A DNA stretch of 64,000 nt from a virus, in the IMG/VR virus record IMGVR_UViG_3300043411_002995, positions 47,706 to 111,705 of that record. The stretch is one strand, 5' to 3'. How positions within the stretch are numbered: position 1 is the stretch's first letter; each line of letters begins with the position of its first letter. Under the pieces are notes generated by a model that made no database searches, was not told the DNA's origin, and saw only the letters and a program-made list of their open reading frames with translations. The translations under genes were made by a program, and so were the position numbers. Below are positions 47,691 through 57,798 of the stretch, piece by piece.

Positions 47691-47954
47691 CTAGCGGTGC
47701 TTCGCGGCCTTCTTCGTCGGAGGGTACCAGGAGACGTGGGCCTGCCTTGGACCGGCGGGCTGCGGGAGGTTGGTGGGCGGCCTGCCGAAGCGGGCGGTGT
47801 GGGCGCGCTCGGCGATCTCGCCGATCTGCGGCAGGGTCTGCTGCGCCACCCGTTCGGTCTCGTCCTGGACGACGTCGCGGCGGTGGCGCGTCGTGCGCGC
47901 GAGGATGAGCACCGTCACGACGAACATCACGAGGAACACGACGAAGGTGATCAT
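47691..47954 (-). CDS. small single-TM protein
   Basis: ATG 47954, MITFVVFLVMFVVTVLIL. Confidence 0.6.
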   Translation of the reverse strand: MITFVVFLVMFVVTVLILARTTRHRRDVVQDETERVAQQTLPQIGEIAERAHTARFGRPPTNLPQPAGPRQAHVSWYPPTKKAAKHR

Positions 47955-48184
47955 GGTGTCTTGCCCTCCTGCAGCACCGGGTGGGGCCCGGTGAGGTTCG
48001 CTCGGTGAGGATGGACGAGGTGATCGTCCACCGACTTGGCGAGCAACGCCGTCGCTTGCATGAGCGAGGTCATCAGCTCGAACAGGCGATCCATCCGCTT
48101 CTCCAGCCTCCACATGAACCACATGGAGACGAAGACCGGGAAGCCGAACTCCCGCAGGAGGGCAACGCCTGATTCGAACGTCAC
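47951..48184 (-). CDS. YvrJ/BhlA-like small holin-type protein
   Basis: FGFPVFVSMWFMWRLEKRMDRL; extended -10 TGTTAGCCT 6 nt before GTG. Confidence 0.6.
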   Translation of the reverse strand: MTFESGVALLREFGFPVFVSMWFMWRLEKRMDRLFELMTSLMQATALLAKSVDDHLVHPHRANLTGPHPVLQEGKTP

Positions 48185-48206
48185 GGCCTCAGGCTAACAC
48201 GGTGGG

Positions 48207-48827
48207 TCAGAGAGCGGTGAACAGGACCGAGGTGGCGTCAGGGATGGTGACCTTGCGGTCGAACCCCACCGCCAGAACCTGCAAGCGGAACACCCCTCCG
48301 CGGACCAGGGGAAGATCGAATTCCCCTTGCGCGTTCGTGTAGGTCGTCATCACCCGCTCCGACTGGACGCTCCGGCCCTGGGCGTCCAGGAACGACGGCA
48401 CCAGGGTGGCCTGCACCATCGCGTTCCGCACCGCGATCCCGTCCGGCGTGAAGATCGTCCCCTGCACCGAGCACAGCTGCAGCGCGGCCGCGCCGGCGAG
48501 CGGCCCGAAGACCAGGTCCTCGTACTCGGTCCGCGCGCTCCCGCCCAGGTTGGTCTTCCGGACGATGTACGTGACCGACCCCTCTTCCTCGTCCAGCGAC
48601 TGGTCGAAGTCGAAGTAGTACCGGCCGGGCAGGTTCACCGCGTCGAGCTGCGCCATGGCGTTCTGGACGACGGTCGACTGCCAGGTCCCGTCAGACGCCT
48701 GGAACCAGTAGTCGTCCGCCACCCGGCGGATGGCGATCGTCGGGGTCTGGCTGATGACGCCGGCGCCGGCGGTGACGACATCGAGGTAGAGGCGCACGGT
48801 GGCGCCGAGGCTGTGGCGGCTAGACAT
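48207..48827 (-). CDS. two-domain beta-rich virion protein
   Basis: ATG 48827 with GGAG; downstream of tail fibre genes. Confidence 0.65.
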   Translation of the reverse strand: MSSRHSLGATVRLYLDVVTAGAGVISQTPTIAIRRVADDYWFQASDGTWQSTVVQNAMAQLDAVNLPGRYYFDFDQSLDEEEGSVTYIVRKTNLGGSARTEYEDLVFGPLAGAAALQLCSVQGTIFTPDGIAVRNAMVQATLVPSFLDAQGRSVQSERVMTTYTNAQGEFDLPLVRGGVFRLQVLAVGFDRKVTIPDATSVLFTAL

Positions 48828-49131
48828 CGGAGGCTCCCTTCCGGACCAGGCGGGTCTTCGGCTGATCGTAGACCCACTCCCCCTCGGGGAGCTGCAGGAC
48901 CTGCGAGATCCGCTGCACGATGCTGCGGTGCTGCACCTCGGCCTGGCGTGCCCGCGCGGAGACCCGCCGCAGGTGCGCTTCCGCCTTCTCGAAGGCTGCG
49001 CGCATCTCCTCGAAGCGCAGGTAGGCCTCCCCGAGCTCCGCACGCGCCGTGTCGACGAACTTGGCCGCCTCCTCGAGCCCGCGGCTCTGGTCGGGCGTCA
49101 GCACCAGCTCGTCGACCAGCTCCGGCATCAC
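48820..49131 (-). CDS. small coiled-coil protein, possible fibre chaperone
   Basis: Coupled to the fibre gene stop. Confidence 0.55.
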   Translation of the reverse strand: MMPELVDELVLTPDQSRGLEEAAKFVDTARAELGEAYLRFEEMRAAFEKAEAHLRRVSARARQAEVQHRSIVQRISQVLQLPEGEWVYDQPKTRLVRKGASDV

Positions 49132-52100
49132 GCCTTCCTGGTGGTGGTGGCGATCTCGACGACGTCCCAGACCAGGACCGCCGTGTCCAGCCCGCCCTCG
49201 TACGACCTCCCCGTCGGTCCCAGGTCACCGGAGAGCACGGCCAGCACGCCCGTGGTCTGCAGGTCGCCGCTCGCCACCGGCGCCGAGGTCAAGTCGGTGG
49301 AGATCGCCCAGGACGCCTCGGTGGCGCTCTTCCAGGCGATCCAGAACCAGTACATCACGCCGACCGTCGGCGTGAAGCCGGTGCTCACGACCGCGTACGC
49401 CGGCGTCACGTTGCAGAGCGAGAAGCGCAGCACGGCGTCGCCGTAGCTCGCCGTCGACTGGGAGAAGTAGGCGACCAGCGTGCCATCGCTGGGCCGCCGC
49501 AGACCGATGGTGTAGGCGTTGAGGGCCGCCGCCGCCGTGGTGAACGCCGCGCGCGCGCGGAACAGCGGCTTGCTGGTCCACGGCCCCACGACGCCTTGCA
49601 CCGTGGTCATCTGCGCCGTGCCACCGGCACCACCACCCGAGTCGAGCTGGGCTCGATGGGGCGCCAGCCAGGTGGTCACGCCGCCCGCGGCGTCGGAAGT
49701 GTGCTCCCAGACCGTGTTGTCGGCGTCGACCGGGTTGTCGTGGAAGTCGTCGTAGAAGTACTCGCCCAGGTGGGCAAGCTGCCCCCCTCGGTCGATCATC
49801 GTCTGGAGCCCGAGGGTCGCGAAGTAGCTCGAGCTGCGGAGCTCGAGCGGCCCTTCCATCGTGTCGCCGGCCTTGAGCACGCGCTCGTTGACGGCCGTGG
49901 TGATCACGTCCTCGGTCGCCCCGTTGAACTTGTCGTTCGGCGCGGCCGCGCTGAGCTTGATCGCATCGTCCGTGATGCCCGCACCGCGGGTGTTGTCGTC
50001 CTCGAACGCCAGCGCGTCCGCATCCGCCGGCACCCGCAGCGTCTTCCCGACGGTCGTCGCGAGGAAGGCCGTGTCACCGGTGACACGCCCCGTGCAGTTG
50101 GCCAGGTAGACCGGGGTCGACCGACCTGCCTCGATGTCCCAGACCACCGCAGCGCCATTGCTGCCGTCGCCGCCGCAGTCGATGAAGACCGGGGTCTGCG
50201 CCTCCGCGGTGACCCGAACCCGCCCCTTCCCATCGACCAGGCGGATGCCGCGGAAGCAGCCGTTCCCGTCGCGCGAGTGCTCGCCGCTGCCACGTACACG
50301 GAACGCGTACGCCGCCGCGTCGGCGGCGAGGCCGCGCAAGTCGATGTTCTCGATGACGGGCTGGTGGCAGGCGTTGAGATCCACCGCGGCGCCGGTCGCC
50401 GCGGCGGTCATGCTGCCCTCGATGCGGAGGTTCCTGATCGACGGCTGATACAGCCCCGCGCAGAGCAGGTGGAAGTGCGTCGCGCCACTCAGGGCGGCGC
50501 GGATCGTGAGGTTCTCGATCTTCACCCCGGCGGCGTACGCGTACGTGGCCGCGCCGAGCGCCGGCGCGCCGTTCTCGTTGTTCTCGAGGAGGTAGCGCAC
50601 GTCGGTGCCGACCGGCGCGAGGATCGCGCGGATCGTGTGGAACCCGCTGCCACCGTCGGCCAGATCGATGATGTCGCCGACCCGTGGCACGTAGCCGATG
50701 CCGGCGCCGAGGAGTTCGGCCTTGGCCAGCGTCACGATGTTGCCAGAGACCGCGTGGCCGATGACCACCCGGTTGCTGCCCGACGACACGAGCCCCACGC
50801 TCGAGGGGAACTCGAGGTAGGCGTTCGGCTCGCCTCGGAGCGAGACGCCGCCGCCGACCGTGAAGTAGTCGGTGCCCGCCGTGGTGTGGATCTTGTGGTA
50901 GCCGGCGCGCACCACGACGTCACCACCGCCGAGGCGCTGCGCCTCCGCGAGCGCTCGCCGCAGCGAGCCGAACCCCTGGTAGTCGCCCCGGTCGCCGACC
51001 AGGAATGGGTAGTTCATCTTCTTCGGCCGCACGTGCTGGACGGCGAAGATGCCGTCCTCGGCGAGAGGCCCGTTGCTGGCGAACGGGGCGGCGTCGCGGT
51101 CTGTGTCCGCGCCAACCTCGTACTGGAGCAGCGGCAGGTCCTTCGGGTGGTACTCGACCTGGAGGCTGTTCCACGACCCGCTGTAGAGCGGCGCGGTCGG
51201 CCGCAGGCCGCCCTGGCGTTGCGAGCAGGCGTTCATCGCGCCGCCGGCGCCCGTCCGCGAGAGCAACACGACATCGCCGGCCATGCCGAGCTCGATGCCG
51301 TAGTCGTCGAACGTGCCCAGCGAACCGGTCGTGACGATGTTCGCGCCGTAGGGCAACGATCGCTTCTCGAAGAAGCCGTTGCGGAACGGCTGGGGGTTGA
51401 GCGTGAAGAGGTGGTGGCGCGGGGCGGCGTGCGACGAGATGAGCCCGATGTGCAGCTGGCCCAGCTCGCCGGCGACGATGTCGCAGCTGTTCAGCGACCC
51501 AAGGTTCGCGGTGTAGCTGGCCTCGAGCAGCCCCGCGGTCGTCGCAACCGAGACGATCGGGAACCCGATGGCGCGCTGGAAGTCCGGGTGGAAGAGCAGG
51601 AGCTGATCGACCACCGGCGAGGACGCCGTCGACTCACCGAGCAGCGCGATGTAGACCTCGTCGTGTGGCGTGACGGTGATGTGGCAGTTCGTGAAGGCGT
51701 CGAAGGCCTCCGCGACGAACCCGCCGGCGCCGGCGTCCGGGTCGAGCAGCACCGAATCGTCCGTCGTACCGACGTGGACGCTCGGCGCGTAGGTCACGGT
51801 CGCGATCTCGATGTCACCGTTCGCGTCGCGCACCTGGTACTTCAGATCGCCGTCGATGCCGGTCACCCCGTTGACCCAGCAGACGTGGGCGCGGCCGTAG
51901 CGGTCGTGCGCCACGTCCGGCCACAGCGAGATCGATCCCTCTGCCGCGCCCTCGATGTAGTTCGGCGCCACCGCGGCCGTACCGAAGGACGTCACGGCGT
52001 AGCTGAACTTGCCGTAGTAGATCTCGCCGTTGCCGCCCTCCTGGCGACGGTAGACGACGCTGAAGGTCTCGCCGTTGGCGCGCGCGGCGCGCAGCTGGGT

Positions 52101-53147
52101 CTTGACCCCGACGTCCGAGTTCAGCGTGACCGCCGCGTCGATCACGGTGCCCGCCGCGGCGTCGAAGCTCACCATCTTGAGCTCGTTGCCGTTGTCGATG
52201 TAGATCAGGATGATCGCGTCGTCGCTGACGCGCTGTCCGACGATCCAGACCTGAGAGATCGTGCCACCGCCGACCAGTAGCGTCGTCGCGGCGAACCCGT
52301 CACCGGCCGGTCCTCCGATGATGCGGAGGTTCGACGGGGGACCGCCGGATGCCCACGCCCACCACTGATCGTTGTAGCCCCCACCGCGCTTGCCGTAGTA
52401 GTGAGGCCGGCAGACGCCGGAGGTGGTCTGCAGCACGGCGAGACCCTCCTCGCCATGCAGCGACCCCTGCAGGTGGACGATCTCCGACAGGTTCGCGTCC
52501 ACCTGGCGGCGGACGATGTGGTCGGTGCGGTCCCAGAGCGGATCGGGCGAGGTGGGCGTGAGGTTGAACGCCTCCGCGGTCGAGGCCGCGCCAGCGGCGA
52601 GGCGCCGGCGGACGCCGTCCGGGTCGACGACCTGGCCGCGCTCGACGTCGAGACCGGTGACGTAGGGGATCGGTGGCACGCCCGACGCCACGACGGTCGC
52701 GCGCCCGTTGGCACCGTCCTCGAGACCGGACTCCGATGCCCGCATCGCCGGGCCGGTCAGGTCAACCGGCACGGGGTTCTGCCAGGCGCCGCCGGCCTTG
52801 AAGGCGATGACGACCGAGTTGGTGGCGAGGGCGAGGCTGCCCGTCACCGTCACCGCCACCTCGGAGGCCGGGTTGTCGTCGGGCGTGCCGGCGATCACCC
52901 ACGCCGGCTCGATGAGGTCGGTGCCGTCGAGCAGCTCGGCGGGGATCGTGATGTCGACCCCGCCCGTCTCGCAGATGATGCCGCGCTGGACGAAGACGAA
53001 CGGCTGCAGCGTGATCTCGCCGAGCTCGTCCGCGCAGCCGCCGCCGCTGAGATAGCCGTCGCGCCCGTAGATCAGCTCGGTGAGGCGCTGGAAGGTCGCA
53101 CCCGTGTAGGGCGACTTGAAGGACACGGTCTTGGTGGCAAGCGCCAT
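49128..53147 (-). CDS. tail fibre/receptor-binding protein
   Basis: 1339 aa, beta-rich; SLRRALAEA...GGGDVVVRAGYH...VSLRGE start of a parallel beta-helix; VLKAGDTMEGPL fibre motif. Confidence 0.7.
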   Translation of the reverse strand: MALATKTVSFKSPYTGATFQRLTELIYGRDGYLSGGGCADELGEITLQPFVFVQRGIICETGGVDITIPAELLDGTDLIEPAWVIAGTPDDNPASEVAVTVTGSLALATNSVVIAFKAGGAWQNPVPVDLTGPAMRASESGLEDGANGRATVVASGVPPIPYVTGLDVERGQVVDPDGVRRRLAAGAASTAEAFNLTPTSPDPLWDRTDHIVRRQVDANLSEIVHLQGSLHGEEGLAVLQTTSGVCRPHYYGKRGGGYNDQWWAWASGGPPSNLRIIGGPAGDGFAATTLLVGGGTISQVWIVGQRVSDDAIILIYIDNGNELKMVSFDAAAGTVIDAAVTLNSDVGVKTQLRAARANGETFSVVYRRQEGGNGEIYYGKFSYAVTSFGTAAVAPNYIEGAAEGSISLWPDVAHDRYGRAHVCWVNGVTGIDGDLKYQVRDANGDIEIATVTYAPSVHVGTTDDSVLLDPDAGAGGFVAEAFDAFTNCHITVTPHDEVYIALLGESTASSPVVDQLLLFHPDFQRAIGFPIVSVATTAGLLEASYTANLGSLNSCDIVAGELGQLHIGLISSHAAPRHHLFTLNPQPFRNGFFEKRSLPYGANIVTTGSLGTFDDYGIELGMAGDVVLLSRTGAGGAMNACSQRQGGLRPTAPLYSGSWNSLQVEYHPKDLPLLQYEVGADTDRDAAPFASNGPLAEDGIFAVQHVRPKKMNYPFLVGDRGDYQGFGSLRRALAEAQRLGGGDVVVRAGYHKIHTTAGTDYFTVGGGVSLRGEPNAYLEFPSSVGLVSSGSNRVVIGHAVSGNIVTLAKAELLGAGIGYVPRVGDIIDLADGGSGFHTIRAILAPVGTDVRYLLENNENGAPALGAATYAYAAGVKIENLTIRAALSGATHFHLLCAGLYQPSIRNLRIEGSMTAAATGAAVDLNACHQPVIENIDLRGLAADAAAYAFRVRGSGEHSRDGNGCFRGIRLVDGKGRVRVTAEAQTPVFIDCGGDGSNGAAVVWDIEAGRSTPVYLANCTGRVTGDTAFLATTVGKTLRVPADADALAFEDDNTRGAGITDDAIKLSAAAPNDKFNGATEDVITTAVNERVLKAGDTMEGPLELRSSSYFATLGLQTMIDRGGQLAHLGEYFYDDFHDNPVDADNTVWEHTSDAAGGVTTWLAPHRAQLDSGGGAGGTAQMTTVQGVVGPWTSKPLFRARAAFTTAAAALNAYTIGLRRPSDGTLVAYFSQSTASYGDAVLRFSLCNVTPAYAVVSTGFTPTVGVMYWFWIAWKSATEASWAISTDLTSAPVASGDLQTTGVLAVLSGDLGPTGRSYEGGLDTAVLVWDVVEIATTTRKA

Positions 53148-53149
53148 GA

Positions 53150-54694
53150 CTACCTCCGCGCGATCACGCGCATCTCACCGGTCGTCTGATCGTTGTTCGA
53201 CGAATCGGTGAAGAGCGCGTCGGGGTTCGCCGGATCCGTGCTGGCGTTCAGGATGGCCACGGTCACGTTGATCTCGGAGGAGTGGACGTAGACCGAGGGC
53301 AGGAGGAACGTCGTGGTCTTCGTGTCGCCGGGATCGAGGGTGACGTCGCCCTCGTCCACCGCGGTGACGACCTGGCGCTGCACCATGCCGCGGTACTGCC
53401 GCCCGGCCGCCGCATCCACGCGGAACCAGACCTGGACGTCCGACGGGTAGGTGCCGAGGTTGTGGATCACCGTCTTGGGGAAGTCGAGGCTGGCGTCGAC
53501 CGGCATCCAGCCGGAGTCGAACACGCCGCCATGGGCGAAGGTGACGATCGACGTCGGGTTGCCGCCGGTGTTGTGCGCGGCGCGGGCGAAGTAGACGCGG
53601 CCAGCGACCTGTGGAGGGAGCGTGGTCGGGTCGGTGTCCGTGACCACCGCACCGATGTTCGGGTGCCAGTTGTCGCGGATGTACCAGCTGGCCCCGGAAG
53701 CGCTGGCCTTGAACGCGCCCTTGATCGTGAGCTTCGTGTCGGGCGTGACGCCGTCGAGCGCGTCGATCACGTACTCGCCGGCGGCGGCGGTGTTCGTGAT
53801 CACGAGGGTGTCACCCTCCTTGATCTTCCCGAGGAACGCGGTGTTGAACAGCGCGCTCGCGCTGGTGAAGGTGCTCGTCGAGGTGACGCCGTCCGAGCCC
53901 GACTGGAGCTTCCGCAGGTCCTTCGTGGCGATCACGCCACCCGGCCCCTTGTAGCGGTAGTTCCCGTTGTTGTAGTCGCCCTCGACGCGGCTGACGTAGA
54001 TCCAGACGTACTCCCCGTTCGCCGGCGCGCCACCACCGTCGATGAGGTTCCAGTCCAGATCGAGGATCTCCCTCAGGCGGAAGATGTAGCCGTCGATGTT
54101 GAAGATCGCGGGCGTGGCGTCGGCCGTGATGCGGACCTGGCCGATGGCGATGCCGGTGACCAGCGGGTTGGCGCCACCCATCATCAGCCCGGGCGCCCAG
54201 GGCACGAACGGGGCCGCGATGGGGTTGCCGAACGGGCCACTGAAGTCCGCGGTCTGGAGCGCCATCGCGGAAGCGAACGACTCGGGCGGGAAGGCCGCGG
54301 TGGGACCGCCGGCCGGCATCGGCACGAAGCGGCCGCCGAGCACGGGCTGCGCGGCATCGTAGGCCTCGAAGTCGCCTGCGTCGAGCCGGTCGCGGGGGCT
54401 GCTGTACGCGCCGCGGACAGCCGACGTGGCCATCTCCAGGACGCCGGGGGACCCGGAGACATCGATGGTGCCGTCGGGGTTGATCGAGACGTCCAGGCGA
54501 TCGGCCAAGTTGTCGTGGGTGCCCACGAGGTCGGCCCACGTCGCAGACGCACCAGTGCCGACCAGGCCGGCGTGCAGGTCCTTGATCCAGTCGTCGAGGT
54601 CCTCGAAGTTCTGGTTCAGCGGCTCGTGCCACTTGTTCAGGAACTCGTTGAGCTCCGGCAGCGTCAGTTCGAGGAAGGCGGTGAAGTCAGGCAT
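53150..54694 (-). CDS. tail fibre/baseplate-attached protein
   Basis: LTLP...WHEPLNQNFEDLD N-terminus and FDSGW...IHNLGTYP C-terminal domain seen in phage fibres. Confidence 0.65.
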   Translation of the reverse strand: MPDFTAFLELTLPELNEFLNKWHEPLNQNFEDLDDWIKDLHAGLVGTGASATWADLVGTHDNLADRLDVSINPDGTIDVSGSPGVLEMATSAVRGAYSSPRDRLDAGDFEAYDAAQPVLGGRFVPMPAGGPTAAFPPESFASAMALQTADFSGPFGNPIAAPFVPWAPGLMMGGANPLVTGIAIGQVRITADATPAIFNIDGYIFRLREILDLDWNLIDGGGAPANGEYVWIYVSRVEGDYNNGNYRYKGPGGVIATKDLRKLQSGSDGVTSTSTFTSASALFNTAFLGKIKEGDTLVITNTAAAGEYVIDALDGVTPDTKLTIKGAFKASASGASWYIRDNWHPNIGAVVTDTDPTTLPPQVAGRVYFARAAHNTGGNPTSIVTFAHGGVFDSGWMPVDASLDFPKTVIHNLGTYPSDVQVWFRVDAAAGRQYRGMVQRQVVTAVDEGDVTLDPGDTKTTTFLLPSVYVHSSEINVTVAILNASTDPANPDALFTDSSNNDQTTGEMRVIARR

Positions 54695-54706
54695 CAGCTT
54701 CTCCGT

Positions 54707-55351
54707 TCACGACGAGATCGTGATGGTCCAGGTGACCGTGATGGTCACGTCTTCCGCCGGGTCGAAGGAGACCGACCGGAACGTTCGCATGGAGACCATG
54801 ATCTCGTCCGCGTCGATGGTGTCGGGCGGGACCTTGTTCACCTGCTTCTTGTCGTCGCCGACCGTCAGCACGCCATCGCCGATGATCAGCGCCGCCTCGT
54901 TGATCACCCGATCGGCGAGCGAGAAGCTCGTCACGTCGACGTCGACGGAGTTGAAGGCGGCCACGAAGCGCATCGTGGAGGCGGTGGGCGTGGTGAAGAC
55001 CGAGATGTCCTGGCGGATCACCTCGTGGAAGAGGTCCGTCTTCGCCGGCCAGGTCGCGTCCGGTGGCTTCGGATTGAACAGCTCACCGACCGGCACGCCG
55101 CCGTCGCCGACGGCCATGCGGAAGATCGAGCCGGCGAACCCCGCGCCGTTCACGCCGATGAGGACGTCACGGATGGCCGTGATGCCGGCGTCGACGATGA
55201 AGTTCTTGCTGTCGTAGACGGTCTCGAGCTCGCCGCCGCGGGGCTGCCGCTGCACGAGCAGGTGACCGCGCATGCGCAGCCCATCGCTCTCCGGTTCGAC
55301 CCGACGGGCGAGCCGGGGTCGAAGAAACTCGAGGAAACGGGGCAAGCGCAT
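54707..55351 (-). CDS. baseplate/tail-collar protein
   Basis: NFIVDAG, MAVGDG, INEAAL, ITVTWTI pattern. Confidence 0.65.
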   Translation of the reverse strand: MRLPRFLEFLRPRLARRVEPESDGLRMRGHLLVQRQPRGGELETVYDSKNFIVDAGITAIRDVLIGVNGAGFAGSIFRMAVGDGGVPVGELFNPKPPDATWPAKTDLFHEVIRQDISVFTTPTASTMRFVAAFNSVDVDVTSFSLADRVINEAALIIGDGVLTVGDDKKQVNKVPPDTIDADEIMVSMRTFRSVSFDPAEDVTITVTWTITISS

Positions 55352-55363
55352 GATTCACCTCGG

Positions 55364-55393
55364 ATTCTAGTGGCGCGTCGCTGGGGCCGTCAA
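55364..55393 (-). promoter_or_regulatory. sigma70-type promoter TTGACG-N18-TAGAAT
   Basis: -35 at 55388-55393, -10 at 55364-55369. Confidence 0.7.
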
Positions 55394-55401
55394 TCCGGCC
55401 A

Positions 55402-57798
55402 CTAGATCTCGACCGCGTCCGTGACAGTTGGACCCGTGTTGTCGACGCGCACCAGTGCCGCCGACGCGAGCTTGTGACCCTGGAAGGCGATGGCCGGCGC
55501 CGCGGCGACGGTCAGATCACCGGTGGTGACGTCGGCGGCGGTGATCTCCTGGACCTCGGCCCCGCCGTTCGTGATGTCGATCAGCAGGAGCGCCGTCACC
55601 TCCGTGTTGGAGAGCCAGCTGAGGTCGGCGTCGGTCTTGGTGTTGAACCCCCCGCCGGGCGCCGAGTAGCTGAAGCCCGTGCGAGCGATGTGCTCGTTGC
55701 GGAGGCAGACGGCGTCGTGGTTGAGGCGGCTCTGCTCCTCGGTGAGAACGGCGTAGGTGAGGTTGAGCACGGTCTGCAGGTCGGCGTCGGGGATGTCGAT
55801 CGCCAGCAGCGTGGAGCTGAACCTGGCGAGCACCGCCCGGTAGCCGTAGAACGGCCCCGACGGGATCCAGATCGTGTCGCCGGCGTCGACGCCGAGCGTG
55901 ACGAAGTTGGCCATGTTGTCGAAGAAGTTGCCGGTGGCCTGGCTGCCGGAGCCGTCGATCCCGCCCGTGTGGACGAATCGGTAGAAGTGATCGAACGAGA
56001 AGGTGCTGTTGAACTCGTTGTTCGCGACGAGGGTGCTCAGGTCGATCGCGACGTCGAGGTCGACGTCGTCCTCGGTGACGGTGAGGGTCTCGGTCTCCTC
56101 GGACTGGAAGGAGAAGACGTACTCGGTCCACTGCGGCTTCATGTTGTCGAGGAACGTCACCAGCTCGGTGACGTTCACGCGGCGGGTCACCGCCTCGACC
56201 AGGATCTGCGGCAAGAAGAGGTGGTGCTCGAGCAGCCGCAGGGCCTTCGTCTCGTCGGTGTCGCCTGGCCCGCGGCTCGCGTCCGACGTGAGGAACCGGT
56301 TGATGCCGGCGCGGCCGAGGCGGTTCGCCACGAAGCCCGGCTCGTTGTTCCGGTCGATGATGCTGACGCCGGTGGTGAGCGAGTCGAACCGCGCGACCGC
56401 ATCACCGCGGGCGACCACGGGGGCGAGGCCGGTGGGGATCAGGTAGGTGATGACCTGGCCGCGTGGGTCGGTGACGTCGACCTCCCCGAGCGTCGTGTCG
56501 AGGCGGGTGACGGTGCCGGCGCGCTTGGCGAAGGGGAGGCCCAGCAGGATGTGCATGCCTCGCTGGAGATTCCCAGGCGTCGAGCCCGTCCAGAACGTGT
56601 ACCAGAGACCCTGCAGCGCGAGCTTGTACTCCTCGGAGTTCTCCCGGAAGAAGTCGATCAACACCCCGAAGTTGCGGTACGGCGTCTCGCGGTTGACCTG
56701 CGTGACCTCGGCCCACATCTGCCGGCGCCGGTCGGCCTCGGGGCCGAGCGACGAGACCCGGAAGGCCACGCGCGAGGCGAGCAGGCCGCCCTGCACGACG
56801 TAGTCGACGCCCTCGATCAGCACCTGGGTGGGGTCGTCGACCAGGTCGCGGAGGTTGGGGATCGAGACGATCGCCTTGTCGACCTTCAGGCCGTGGGGGA
56901 AGGCGTTGATGGTGTAGGGCACATCCCCGGCCTGGGTCGAGGGGAAGACTTCGGCGACGGTCAGCGCGATCGGGCTGACCACGGCGTTGATGGTGTAGGT
57001 CCCCGCGTTCGGCCCGCCGGTGATGACGAGCGTGCGCCCGGCCTTCACCGCGCTGAAGTCCGCGTTCACGTCGGTGAGCGTCGAGTCCTCGACCTCGCCG
57101 CTCGATCCGGTCATCGGCAGGGTCGCCGTGCCGTTGTAGGTGTACATCGCCCGCACCGTGGCGCCGTCGGCGATCGTGGTGCCGGCGATGCGGGCCACGG
57201 TGCCAGCCACCTCGTCGAGCTCGTAGTCGAGGTCACGCGTGTAGTAGCGGTGCTGGTAGCGGACGGTGACGGTCTCGTCGGTCGGGATGCGTCCGTCGTC
57301 GAGAGCCTGGATCACGCCCGTCGCCAGGTTGATCGCGTAGTCCCGGTTCAGCGTGAACTGCTGGCCACCCAGGACGACGGCCACCGTGCCCGGGATGATG
57401 TCGCCGTACCGCAGCGATCGCGCGGCGGTGTCGAAGAAGCGGAGGGTCTCCTCGTGGAAGATCTGGCCCGAGCTCGAGGTGAGCTGCAGCGTGTCGAAGA
57501 ACGCTGTCTCCCTCGAGACCGAGACCGCCGCCAGCAGCACGAGGGTGAGCTCGTCGGTCTGCGGGAAGAGGTCGCAGGTCTCGTCGTCCATGACGAGACG
57601 GTTCCAGCGCTCGCTGAGGAACACGGGGACCTTGGCGATCTCGGTCGAGAGGCCCGCCTCCATGACCTTCTGCTCGAGGTTCGAGGCGATCTGCACCTGC
57701 GCCGACCAGAAGGTCTCGAAGAGCTTGCGGTCCTCCGTCGGCAGGAGGTCCCACACGTCCTCGAGGAACCTCCACAGGAAGCCAGCGGAGACGCTCAC
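55402..57798 (-). CDS. baseplate wedge protein
   Basis: 798 aa after J-like gene; GSTPGNL..G..ILLG and FLDNMKPQWT wedge-like motifs. Confidence 0.65.
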   Translation of the reverse strand: MSVSAGFLWRFLEDVWDLLPTEDRKLFETFWSAQVQIASNLEQKVMEAGLSTEIAKVPVFLSERWNRLVMDDETCDLFPQTDELTLVLLAAVSVSRETAFFDTLQLTSSSGQIFHEETLRFFDTAARSLRYGDIIPGTVAVVLGGQQFTLNRDYAINLATGVIQALDDGRIPTDETVTVRYQHRYYTRDLDYELDEVAGTVARIAGTTIADGATVRAMYTYNGTATLPMTGSSGEVEDSTLTDVNADFSAVKAGRTLVITGGPNAGTYTINAVVSPIALTVAEVFPSTQAGDVPYTINAFPHGLKVDKAIVSIPNLRDLVDDPTQVLIEGVDYVVQGGLLASRVAFRVSSLGPEADRRRQMWAEVTQVNRETPYRNFGVLIDFFRENSEEYKLALQGLWYTFWTGSTPGNLQRGMHILLGLPFAKRAGTVTRLDTTLGEVDVTDPRGQVITYLIPTGLAPVVARGDAVARFDSLTTGVSIIDRNNEPGFVANRLGRAGINRFLTSDASRGPGDTDETKALRLLEHHLFLPQILVEAVTRRVNVTELVTFLDNMKPQWTEYVFSFQSEETETLTVTEDDVDLDVAIDLSTLVANNEFNSTFSFDHFYRFVHTGGIDGSGSQATGNFFDNMANFVTLGVDAGDTIWIPSGPFYGYRAVLARFSSTLLAIDIPDADLQTVLNLTYAVLTEEQSRLNHDAVCLRNEHIARTGFSYSAPGGGFNTKTDADLSWLSNTEVTALLLIDITNGGAEVQEITAADVTTGDLTVAAAPAIAFQGHKLASAALVRVDNTGPTVTDAVEI

